From positions 1 through 63,760 of IMG/VR virus record IMGVR_UViG_3300022700_000225: DNA of 63,760 nt, one strand, 5' to 3'. Each line of letters begins with the position of its first letter. Positions within the stretch are counted from its first letter, which is position 1. Of this stretch, positions 1 to 7,438 are shown piece after piece. The position numbers were made by a program, and so were the translations under genes. Source of the DNA: a virus. Taxonomy: Duplodnaviria; Caudoviricetes. Below the pieces are notes generated by a model that was given only the letters and a program-made list of their open reading frames with translations, was not told where the DNA came from and did no database searches.

Positions 1-99
1 CCGACGCGGACGTGATTGCCAGCAAACAGGAGCTGTCGGAGCTCAAAGACATTCTCGGCAACCGCTCTTTGGAGGATCACCGCAAGATGATCGCGGCCA
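1..99. repeat. 99-bp terminal direct repeat, left copy (circular assembly overlap)
   Basis: Identical to 63662-63760; lies inside a CDS that stays in frame across the junction. Confidence 0.97.
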
Positions 100-1436
100 A
101 ACGGAAAAAAATCAACGAGCAGATAGAGCGCATCCCGGTCCGCATTGACGAGGTATCTCAGTCCATGCCGGATATTTCCGAAATCGATTCGGCAATGATC
201 CACCGCAATATCGGGCAGCACAAATTTGACAAGGCCGGGGCGGAAAAGGAAAAGCTTGCCCTGGAGTCCGGCGGTCAGGCGGCCGAGCTGACCAAAAAGC
301 TCCGGGAAATCGAGGCCGAAATCCAGAAAGCGGAAAACGATTTTCAGGCTGAAACAAGCAAAAAGATTCAGGCCGAACAGGAAGATCTGGAATCAGCCCG
401 GCAGCAGATCAAGATTTTTGAAGAGACGATCCGGCTTGCCGAACGAAACATCAAATACAATGGACGCAGCATTGCGGAAAAAGAAGCGGAGATCGAAAAG
501 CTGCGGCAACAGTGGCACGATGAAAACGCCAAGGGATTTGAGGCCGAAGGCACCTGCCCCACCTGCGGGCAGGCCATGCCCGAAGAAATTATCGAGGAAT
601 CCCGCCAGCGGTTTAACCGGCAGAAGGCCGACCGGCTAAGGAATATATCCGAAAAAGGCAAGGCCCTGGCCGGGCAGGCGGAAGAACTCCGAAAGGGCAT
701 TGAGGAATACAAAGAAACAATCGAAAAGGCCCGGGAAGGCATTGACCGCTTCAGGCAAAAGGAAAAGGCGGCAGGGGATAATATTTCCCGTCTTAAAAGC
801 TCCGGCCTTGATCTATGGGACCTGCCAGATCAGAAAACCGACCTGGAAAAACAGATCCAGGCCCTGGCCGACGGCGACAACAAGGCTGCCATCGAGGCGG
901 CAGAGGCCAAAATCAAATATTGCGACGAGCAGATCGAGGCCCTTCAGAAAACCCTGGCCAAACTTGACCAGCACAAATCCGCGCAACAGCGCATCGATGA
1001 ACTCAAGGCAGAGGAAAAGAAACTGGCCGCCAAATTTGAAAAAATCGAGCATGAGCAATACCTCACTGACGAGTTTGTCCGGCAGAAAGTCAATCTGCTT
1101 GAGGAGAAAATCAACTCACACTTTGCCCGGGCCCGGTTCAGGCTGTTTAACCAGCAGATCAACGGGGGTCTTGAGGAAGTGTGCACCACCCTTTATCAGG
1201 GCGTGCCCTACCCTTCCATGAACAACGCGGCCCGGATCAACACCGGCCTGGACATCATCAACACCCTTTCAGAACACTACGGGTTTTCCGCCCCCATCTT
1301 CATTGACAACGCAGAGTCCGTGGTCTCTCTGGCCGAAGCAAAAGCCCAGGCCATCCAGCTTGTGGTGTCGGCGGACCACGATGAATTAACCGTTGAAATC
1401 CAGCAGGAGGAACAATGTCAGAGAAAAGCGTCGTAG
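1..1436 (+). CDS. SMC/Rad50(SbcC)-like ATPase, C-terminal part (gene starts at 63142 and crosses the junction; about 651 aa in total)
   Basis: Long coiled coil with central CPTCG zinc hook and C-terminal Walker B-like IFIDNAES; in frame with the Walker A half at 63142. Confidence 0.9.
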   Translation, partial: DADVIASKQELSELKDILGNRSLEDHRKMIAAKRKKINEQIERIPVRIDEVSQSMPDISEIDSAMIHRNIGQHKFDKAGAEKEKLALESGGQAAELTKKLREIEAEIQKAENDFQAETSKKIQAEQEDLESARQQIKIFEETIRLAERNIKYNGRSIAEKEAEIEKLRQQWHDENAKGFEAEGTCPTCGQAMPEEIIEESRQRFNRQKADRLRNISEKGKALAGQAEELRKGIEEYKETIEKAREGIDRFRQKEKAAGDNISRLKSSGLDLWDLPDQKTDLEKQIQALADGDNKAAIEAAEAKIKYCDEQIEALQKTLAKLDQHKSAQQRIDELKAEEKKLAAKFEKIEHEQYLTDEFVRQKVNLLEEKINSHFARARFRLFNQQINGGLEEVCTTLYQGVPYPSMNNAARINTGLDIINTLSEHYGFSAPIFIDNAESVVSLAEAKAQAIQLVVSADHDELTVEIQQEEQCQRKAS

Positions 1437-2302
1437 AAAGGCCGTCCGACCGGCTCAAGAAAGTAATGCAGGACCCGACTGTAAGCGAACAGTTTAAAAA
1501 TTCCCTGGGCGACAATTCCGGATTGTTTGTTGCCAGCCTGATCGACCTGTACGCCAGCGACAGAAACCTTCAGGAGTGCCAGCCCAAGCAGGTTGTTTTG
1601 GAGGCCCTGAAAGCCGCGACACTCAAACTGCCCATTAACAAGAACCTCGGGTTTGCCTATGTCATCCCCTACAAAGACAAGGGAACGCCGGTCCCGCAAT
1701 TCCAGATCGGATACAGGGGGCTTATTCAGCTTGCAATCCGCAGCGGCCAGTTTCGCCGCATCAACGCTGACAAGGTGTTGGAAGGGGAGTTGAAGCGTTG
1801 CGACAAACTCACCGGCGAAATCGAGTTCGGGGAGCCCGCTGGCGACCGGGTTGCCGGATATTTTGCCTTCATCGAAACCGTCAACGGGTTCAGAAAAACG
1901 GCCTACTGGCGCAAGGAGCAGGTGGAGGCCCATGCCAAACGGTTTTCCAAATCTTACGGCGGCAATTACAGCCCCTGGAAAACCGATTTTGACGCCATGG
2001 CCATCAAAACTGTGCTGAAGCACCTGCTCGGGAAATACGGCATCATGTCCGTTGATATGGTGTCGGCCTTTGACGCTGATCGCGATGATGAGGCCGCGGT
2101 GCAGGACGAAATCGACAAAAATGCCAACAAGGATTTTCTCGACATCGAGCCTGAGGCGGCCGCGGCAGCCCCCGGGGCTGCGGAAGACCCTCCGGCCAAT
2201 GAGGGCGACTCTCCCATGACTAAAGAGGAAAAGGCGGAAATTGAACGCCAGGAGGCGGCAGAAGCGCAGGGCATGACCGGAACAGACGGCCCGGGATTTT
2301 AA
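1415..2302 (+). CDS. recT: RecT-family single-strand annealing recombinase
   Basis: LGFAYVIPY..QFQIGYRGLIQLAIRSG and PWKTDFDAMAIKTVLK motifs; acidic tail; AGGAGG RBS. Confidence 0.93.
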   Translation: MSEKSVVERPSDRLKKVMQDPTVSEQFKNSLGDNSGLFVASLIDLYASDRNLQECQPKQVVLEALKAATLKLPINKNLGFAYVIPYKDKGTPVPQFQIGYRGLIQLAIRSGQFRRINADKVLEGELKRCDKLTGEIEFGEPAGDRVAGYFAFIETVNGFRKTAYWRKEQVEAHAKRFSKSYGGNYSPWKTDFDAMAIKTVLKHLLGKYGIMSVDMVSAFDADRDDEAAVQDEIDKNANKDFLDIEPEAAAAAPGAAEDPPANEGDSPMTKEEKAEIERQEAAEAQGMTGTDGPGF

Positions 2303-2305
2303 ATA

Positions 2306-2343
2306 AGAAATGATGGGGGGCATTTTTTGCCCCCACCATTTCT
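2306..2343 (+). terminator. Stem-loop after recT (terminator or stabilising hairpin)
   Basis: AGAAATGATGGGGGGCA...TGCCCCCACCATTTCT imperfect inverted repeat. Confidence 0.45.
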
Positions 2344-2365
2344 GGCAAAAAAGGAGGCAGCCAAA

Positions 2366-2635
2366 ATGACGCCGGAAGTCTTGAAAAGAGGAAACGAAAT
2401 CATCAGAGAGGTCACCAAATTAAAAGAGCGCCTGGAAAAAATGCGGGTGCAAAAGGACTCTTTAGAGAGAAACCACCTGGAGCCCAAAGTTAACCTTGTG
2501 GTTGGCAACTCTGCATCAATAATCCTTCAGGGAGCGCCCGACGCGGACATGATCAACATGGTTTACATGATGGCCGAAAGCAGAATCAAGGACAGAATCA
2601 ATAACCTTCAGGAAGAATTTGAGGCGCTCAGTTGA
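2366..2635 (+). CDS. Hypothetical coiled-coil phage protein
   Basis: AAGGAGG RBS before ATG 2366; stop overlaps the next start. Confidence 0.75.
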   Translation: MTPEVLKRGNEIIREVTKLKERLEKMRVQKDSLERNHLEPKVNLVVGNSASIILQGAPDADMINMVYMMAESRIKDRINNLQEEFEALS

Positions 2636-3333
2636 ATATCCACACCCTTGCATCCGGATCATCGGGCAACTGCTACCGCATTTCAGACGGGCATACTCCC
2701 CTGTTAATCGAGTGCGGCATCCGGTTTTCCGATATCCGGAAAGGGTGCGGTTTCAAGCTGTCGGAAATCGCCGGGTGCCTTGTGTCGCATGAGCACGGGG
2801 ATCATTCAAAAAGCGCCCGGGAGATCATGCACGCCGGCATCGAGCTTTATGCATCCACTGGCACCATTGAAGCCCTGGGGCTTCAAGGTCACCGGCTGCA
2901 CGTTATTTGCGCCAAAAAGCGCTTTTCAGTCGGCACATGGACAATCCTGCCGTTTGAAACCGAGCACGATGCCGCAGAACCCCTGGGCTTTCTCCTGGCC
3001 AGCACCACAGGCGAAAAACTGCTTTACCTGACCGACAGTTTTTACTGCCGGTACAAATTCAAAGGGATCTCACACGTTATGGTTGAATGCAACTACCACC
3101 TGCCCATCCTGCAGGAAAATATCGAGGCCGGGATTGTCAGCCCCGAGCAGAGAAAGCGAATCTGCCGTTCCCATTTCTCACTGGACAACCTGATCACGTT
3201 TTTGTGCAACAGCGACCTTTCCCGGGTCCGGGAGATCCACCTGCTGCACCTGAGCAACGATAACAGCGACGCGGCCCTTTTCCGGACCGAAGTGGAAAAG
3301 GCGACCGGGAAACCGGTTTATATCGCGGGATAA
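2632..3333 (+). CDS. Metallo-beta-lactamase-fold hydrolase (putative nuclease)
   Basis: ASGSSGNC, SHEHGDH (HxHxDH), HDA, ECNY and LLHLS motifs. Confidence 0.92.
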   Translation: MNIHTLASGSSGNCYRISDGHTPLLIECGIRFSDIRKGCGFKLSEIAGCLVSHEHGDHSKSAREIMHAGIELYASTGTIEALGLQGHRLHVICAKKRFSVGTWTILPFETEHDAAEPLGFLLASTTGEKLLYLTDSFYCRYKFKGISHVMVECNYHLPILQENIEAGIVSPEQRKRICRSHFSLDNLITFLCNSDLSRVREIHLLHLSNDNSDAALFRTEVEKATGKPVYIAG

Positions 3334-3341
3334 GGAAACAA

Positions 3342-3683
3342 ATGCCAAGAAACATGAGTTTTGCCATGACCACGGAACAATATCGAAACCGCTCAAAAAC
3401 GGTGACGCGAAGATTCGGCTGGTGGTTTCTGCAGCCCGGCGACGTTTTTATGGGTGTCGAAAAGGCCATGGGCCTCAAAAAAGGCGAGAAGATAAAAAGG
3501 ATTCACCCCTCCCGCGTTCTATCTGTTCGCCCCGAGCCGCTTAATGCCATTACCCCGGAAGATGTGATCAAGGAAGGCTTCCCGGAAATGACTCCGGAAC
3601 AGTTCGTGGAGATGCTGGTGGCAAAATACAAATGCCGCCCTGATGCAACATGCAACCGGATTGAGTTCGAACATATAGAATAA
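3342..3683 (+). CDS. ASCH-domain protein
   Basis: KTVTRR..W and L.AITPEDVIKEGF...IEF pattern typical of phage ASCH proteins. Confidence 0.75.
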   Translation: MPRNMSFAMTTEQYRNRSKTVTRRFGWWFLQPGDVFMGVEKAMGLKKGEKIKRIHPSRVLSVRPEPLNAITPEDVIKEGFPEMTPEQFVEMLVAKYKCRPDATCNRIEFEHIE

Positions 3684-3692
3684 AGGTCAGCA

Positions 3693-4520
3693 TTGGACGC
3701 AGCACAAAAAATAAACAGGCCAGCTCTCAGATATTACGGCGGAAAATGGAAAATCGCATCATGGGTGATTTCTCATTTTCCGGATCACGTGAATTACGTG
3801 GAGCCGTGCGGAGGCGCAGCATCTATTCTGATTGCGAAGAATCCGGCAAAACTCGAAACGTACAACGATATAGATTGTCGAGTGGTCAATTTTTTTCAAA
3901 TGCTCCGGTCCGAACCGGCAGCATTGATCGAGCAAATTCGGCTCACTCCGTGGAGCCGGGCAGAGTTCTATAGATCGAAAGAAGCGGATATAGATCCAAT
4001 TGAGGATGCCAGGCGTTTTTTCGTCTCGTGCTGGCAATCATTTTCAAAGCATGGCGGTAGCTGGCGGTCAATGTATGATTATTCGGCCCGACCAAGGTCT
4101 GCAACAAAAGATATTAAAGAGATAGACCATCTTTATTTAATCGCCGAGCGTCTAAAGTCTGTACAGTTCGAATGTCGTGACGCCATAGAAGTTGTCCAGA
4201 AATACGATACCGAAAATGGGTTGATATATTTTGACCCGCCATACATCCCCGAAGTCCGGGTCAATAAAAAGTATTACACACACGAAGTTGATGTTCAGTG
4301 GCACATCGATGCATCCAATGTTTTAAAAACAGCGAAGGCGCATGTTGTTGTTTCTGGTTACAGGTCAGGCCTGTACGCTGATCTCTTTGAATCTGCAGGC
4401 TGGATACGTAGAGACATAGCTACGGTTGCGAACGCCGGAGCCAAAAGAACTGAAAGTCTTTGGCTATCGCCATCCATACAGGCGGTAAAAAAAAAGCAAG
4501 AGCAAATGAATTTATTCTAA
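3693..4520 (+). CDS. Dam/D12-class N6-adenine DNA methyltransferase
   Basis: RYYGGK, YVEPCGGAAS, YNDID and catalytic DPPY motifs. Confidence 0.93.
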   Translation: MDAAQKINRPALRYYGGKWKIASWVISHFPDHVNYVEPCGGAASILIAKNPAKLETYNDIDCRVVNFFQMLRSEPAALIEQIRLTPWSRAEFYRSKEADIDPIEDARRFFVSCWQSFSKHGGSWRSMYDYSARPRSATKDIKEIDHLYLIAERLKSVQFECRDAIEVVQKYDTENGLIYFDPPYIPEVRVNKKYYTHEVDVQWHIDASNVLKTAKAHVVVSGYRSGLYADLFESAGWIRRDIATVANAGAKRTESLWLSPSIQAVKKKQEQMNLF

Positions 4521-4581
4521 GCAATCGGCCCACCGGACCTAACGGCCGGTGGCCTCAACCGCTGAAATACCCGGACAATAA

Positions 4582-4881
4582 ATGATCACGGAAGCCGACA
4601 TAAAACGCATAGCTCAAGAAATCAAAGCCTGTACTTCTCAAGGCAAATGGATTCGCGGGCTTCGTACGGCTTCGCAGTATGCAAAAATCAACCGCCAGCG
4701 TCTTGAAAAACTGCTCCGCGCCGGGGAAATCCGGGGCTACATTGACACCGAAACCGGCAAGCCAACCTGGATTCTGGACAGGGAAAGCATTGACGCCTAC
4801 CACAACAAGCGCATTGACGGCGACCAGGCAGAGATTGACAAAAAAGTGGTTGCATTTTTAAAAGGAAGCCGTACAAAATGA
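4582..4881 (+). CDS. xis: Putative excisionase / recombination directionality factor
   Basis: Small winged-HTH-like protein (AGEIRG..WILDRESID), ATGA-coupled to the integrase. Confidence 0.6.
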   Translation: MITEADIKRIAQEIKACTSQGKWIRGLRTASQYAKINRQRLEKLLRAGEIRGYIDTETGKPTWILDRESIDAYHNKRIDGDQAEIDKKVVAFLKGSRTK

Positions 4882-5909
4882 CCGGCATGAATATCAAATG
4901 GATAAACGGGTACGCCTATCTGTGGTTTTCCAGGGCCGAATGGCCGCCCAAAGGCAAGCTGTTATCCATGAAAAAGATCGTCGGCTCCCCGGTCACCACG
5001 CAGGATCAGGCTGAAAAGATTTTAAAGTCGGTCAGCAAAAACAAGCTTGAACAAAAACTCATTGAGCTTGAAGGCGGCAACCGGATATCCATTGAAAGAT
5101 TTGCCGATGAATACGTTGAAGGCGTCCGGTCTGATTTCAGCGACAGTTCACTGCGGATGGACCGGGCCGTACTGCGATACCTTCAAGACGTGACCGGCAA
5201 AACCACGTTGCGCCTGATCAATGACGATGATCTGGTGACATTTAAGAATTATTACCTCTCCCGCATCAGTCCGGAAACGCTGAAAGGTTATTTTCGCCGC
5301 ATCCGGGCTGCCCTGAATTATGCAGCAGAACAGGGCTACATCAAAAAGGTTCCCAAAATCCCATCAGTCAAAGCCCCCAAAAAACAGCCCCGCCCTATCC
5401 CGCTTTCTGACCTTGAAAAAATCCTGAATTATGCTAAGGTCCACAACTTTGAAGTCTGGCGATACGCTCAGTTTTCAGTCTGGACCGGATGCCGCCAGGA
5501 AGAATGTATCCGGTTGCAGTATCAGGATATAACGAAATACGATGAGCCGACCCCAGCAGGCGTGGCCGGGGTCTGCCGGATCACTGGCAAGGGCAACAAA
5601 GAACGCACCGCTTACCTGTTGCCCCCAGCAATGGAGGCCATCGGTGAAATCAAGGATATCGGCCCGGTGTTCAGGCAATGGACCGGGACGACCGTCAGCC
5701 ATTATTTCAAGCGGTGCGTCCGTAAAGCCGGGTTTGAGACTCCCCGGTTCCACGACCTGCGTCACACGGCCGCCACGCGCATGGTGACAGCCGGCATACC
5801 GCTGCCAATTGTGCAAAAGATCCTGGGGCATACAGACATCCGGACAACCCAAATTTACGCCGACATTATTGATAAAGTGGTTGAAACCGAGATGGGCAAA
5901 ATGTTATGA
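4878..5909 (+). CDS. int: Tyrosine recombinase, phage integrase
   Basis: Catalytic set TGCR, GKGNKER, HDLRH, LGH..IRTTQIY; adjacent to attP. Confidence 0.96.
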   Translation: MTGMNIKWINGYAYLWFSRAEWPPKGKLLSMKKIVGSPVTTQDQAEKILKSVSKNKLEQKLIELEGGNRISIERFADEYVEGVRSDFSDSSLRMDRAVLRYLQDVTGKTTLRLINDDDLVTFKNYYLSRISPETLKGYFRRIRAALNYAAEQGYIKKVPKIPSVKAPKKQPRPIPLSDLEKILNYAKVHNFEVWRYAQFSVWTGCRQEECIRLQYQDITKYDEPTPAGVAGVCRITGKGNKERTAYLLPPAMEAIGEIKDIGPVFRQWTGTTVSHYFKRCVRKAGFETPRFHDLRHTAATRMVTAGIPLPIVQKILGHTDIRTTQIYADIIDKVVETEMGKML

Positions 5910-5969
5910 CCCCATCTAAAAAATGCCGAAAAAACGCTGAAACGCCCCGTAAAATGGAGGCCGCCTATA

Positions 5970-6017
5970 GCACTCGTAATGCGCAGGCCAGCGGTTCGAC
6001 TCCGCTCGTCGGCTCCA
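5970..6017 (+). mobile_element. attP core: 3' half of tRNA-Thr(CGT)
   Basis: GCA-CTCGTAA-TGC anticodon arm (CGT), T-arm AGCGG-TTCGACT-CCGCT, acceptor end GTCGGCT-CCA; no D-arm or 5' acceptor strand upstream. Confidence 0.9.
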
Positions 6018-6025
6018 TGAATTTT

Positions 6026-6064
6026 AAGGGATTTCGAGATCTTGTCAAGAATCCCTTTTTTATT
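6026..6064 (+). terminator. Intrinsic terminator downstream of the tRNA fragment
   Basis: AAGGGATT...AATCCCTT stem followed by a T-run. Confidence 0.7.
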
Positions 6065-6324
6065 GCGCTGCCGAAAATTGTATCAAATTGAGCCAAATTG
6101 GACACCTTTTGCCGAAAAAGTGTCGAAAAAATTTTTCGGCAGCATGGCCTGAAATACACCCAGCACTTTCTTTTTTCAACCTCAAAACATACCAGCAATT
6201 TGTTAGCAGAAAGAATTGCCCTGAACAACAGTGCCCGGGCATGATTTGCCATTCAAATGGTTATGTGGTAAAAGGATTACGGATTTATTGCTGTCCACTA
6301 CAACCATAGGCCCGTTTCTCGATC

Positions 6325-6771
6325 ATGCTGGTCCGTTATCAAACAGAAGAGAACAGGAGGCTGGCCGAAAAGGTTTTCATGCTTCGGCTGTCAGGCCTTA
6401 CCTATCAAGAAATCGCCAGCAGAACAGGGCTGACCCTCCAGAACGCAAGGCAAATGGAACACAGGGAACGCGCTTTCAGGTGTGAAGCTTTTAAATACCC
6501 TCTCCTTGAATACATCCCCACGCGAACAGAAAAAACCATCCGGAAAGGCTTGGGAGAAACCATTTTGGCAAATCCGGAAAAACTAAGCGAAATCGAGAAC
6601 CTCAAGACGTTGATTTGCTTACCTGGGGTGAGCGACGTGGTTATGAAGAATCTTGCCGATGGGCTTGCCGAGGCCGGGTATGAATCGTTTGATGTGGAAA
6701 AAATAAAGGATGCCATTTTTACCACCAAACGGAAGGCACAGAGCATGCGCCGGGAGAGGTTTGGGGTGTGA
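6325..6771 (+). CDS. DNA-binding protein: sigma70 region-4-like HTH plus RNAP alpha-CTD-like domain
   Basis: GLTYQEIASRTGLTLQNARQME (sigma4-like); IPTRTEKTIRKG...LICLPGVSDVVMKNLADGLAEAG (alphaCTD-like). Confidence 0.55.
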   Translation: MLVRYQTEENRRLAEKVFMLRLSGLTYQEIASRTGLTLQNARQMEHRERAFRCEAFKYPLLEYIPTRTEKTIRKGLGETILANPEKLSEIENLKTLICLPGVSDVVMKNLADGLAEAGYESFDVEKIKDAIFTTKRKAQSMRRERFGV

Positions 6772-6915
6772 AAAGTGAAAAGTTGCAGGATATCACAATA
6801 AATATTGAAAAAAGAATGGTAACTGATCGAAATGAAAATAAAAATTTGAGCTTTGTTTTCCTGGGATATCAAGCGAGATTTGCAGTCTAACTAATGGATA
6901 TGTGCTCTTGGTGAA

Positions 6916-7326
6916 ATGAAAATCGAGCTCCTACAATGGATATACATTGCAATTGTCGCGCCATTGTTTGGTGCAGTCGGGGCTTGGATCTTCGGTATCA
7001 TCCGAGCTCGGCGATCCAGAAAACAGATCGTTGAATACCTCTCGGGCCTTCCAGGCGAATCTAAAGCAGTATTGGTCGAGTTCATTGCTGCCGATAAACA
7101 TACAATGCGAGGCGACCCACTTAACCCACCAGTTCGGGTTCTCCTTGCGCATGGAGTTCTTTCCAGAGGACCCGGCGGCGGAACACATGATGCAGTCGAT
7201 TCCTACTTGTCGGTTTCATCTAAATCCTGGGCAGTCCGGGACAATTGGCTACTTGCTGACCCAGAAGCAATGCAACTACACAATGAATATATGGGTGTGA
7301 ATCAAGATGAACCGCCCCGCACATAA
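6916..7326 (+). CDS. Superinfection exclusion protein B (SieB)-like membrane protein, gene-cassette ORF
   Basis: N-terminal TM helix and basic patch, then LSGLPGESKAVLVEF...NPPVRVLLAHGVL winged-helix pattern resembling SieB; stop abuts attC. Confidence 0.6.
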   Translation: MKIELLQWIYIAIVAPLFGAVGAWIFGIIRARRSRKQIVEYLSGLPGESKAVLVEFIAADKHTMRGDPLNPPVRVLLAHGVLSRGPGGGTHDAVDSYLSVSSKSWAVRDNWLLADPEAMQLHNEYMGVNQDEPPRT

Positions 7327-7418
7327 CGAACAAAAGCTTCAACCCGACGCCGGGTAACTTCCGGGCCGGCAAGGCCGGATTAGGTATGGGGTGGCGCGGG
7401 TTAAGCTAAACGTTAGGC
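7325..7418 (+). mobile_element. Integron attC recombination site
   Basis: R'' AAC ... L'' AGCTT(C)AACCCG(A)CGCC pairs with GGCGCGGGTTAAGCT ... R' GTTAGGC; two extrahelical bases (G and T on the bottom strand) and an unpaired central spacer. Confidence 0.85.
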
Positions 7419-7438
7419 AGTAACCAGAGGATATTACA

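Larger units (their letters stand above)
5924..6141. repeat. Putative Int arm-type sites and Xis sites of attP
   Basis: TGCCGAAAA at 5924, 6069 and 6110, TGTCGAAAA at 6121, inverted copy at 6133-6141; AAATTG at 6075, 6085 and 6095 (10-bp period). Confidence 0.7.

Noticed and set aside
4878-5909. Integrase as the IntI serving the attC site
   Set aside because: No IntI-specific insertion is visible, and the xis-int-tRNA attP context marks it as an ordinary phage integrase.
5945-6017. Complete tRNA-Thr gene
   Set aside because: The 5' acceptor strand and D-arm are missing; only the attP-borne 3' half is present.
5906-6309. Small ORFs over the attP region
   Set aside because: They are translations of the tRNA fragment and arm-site repeats.
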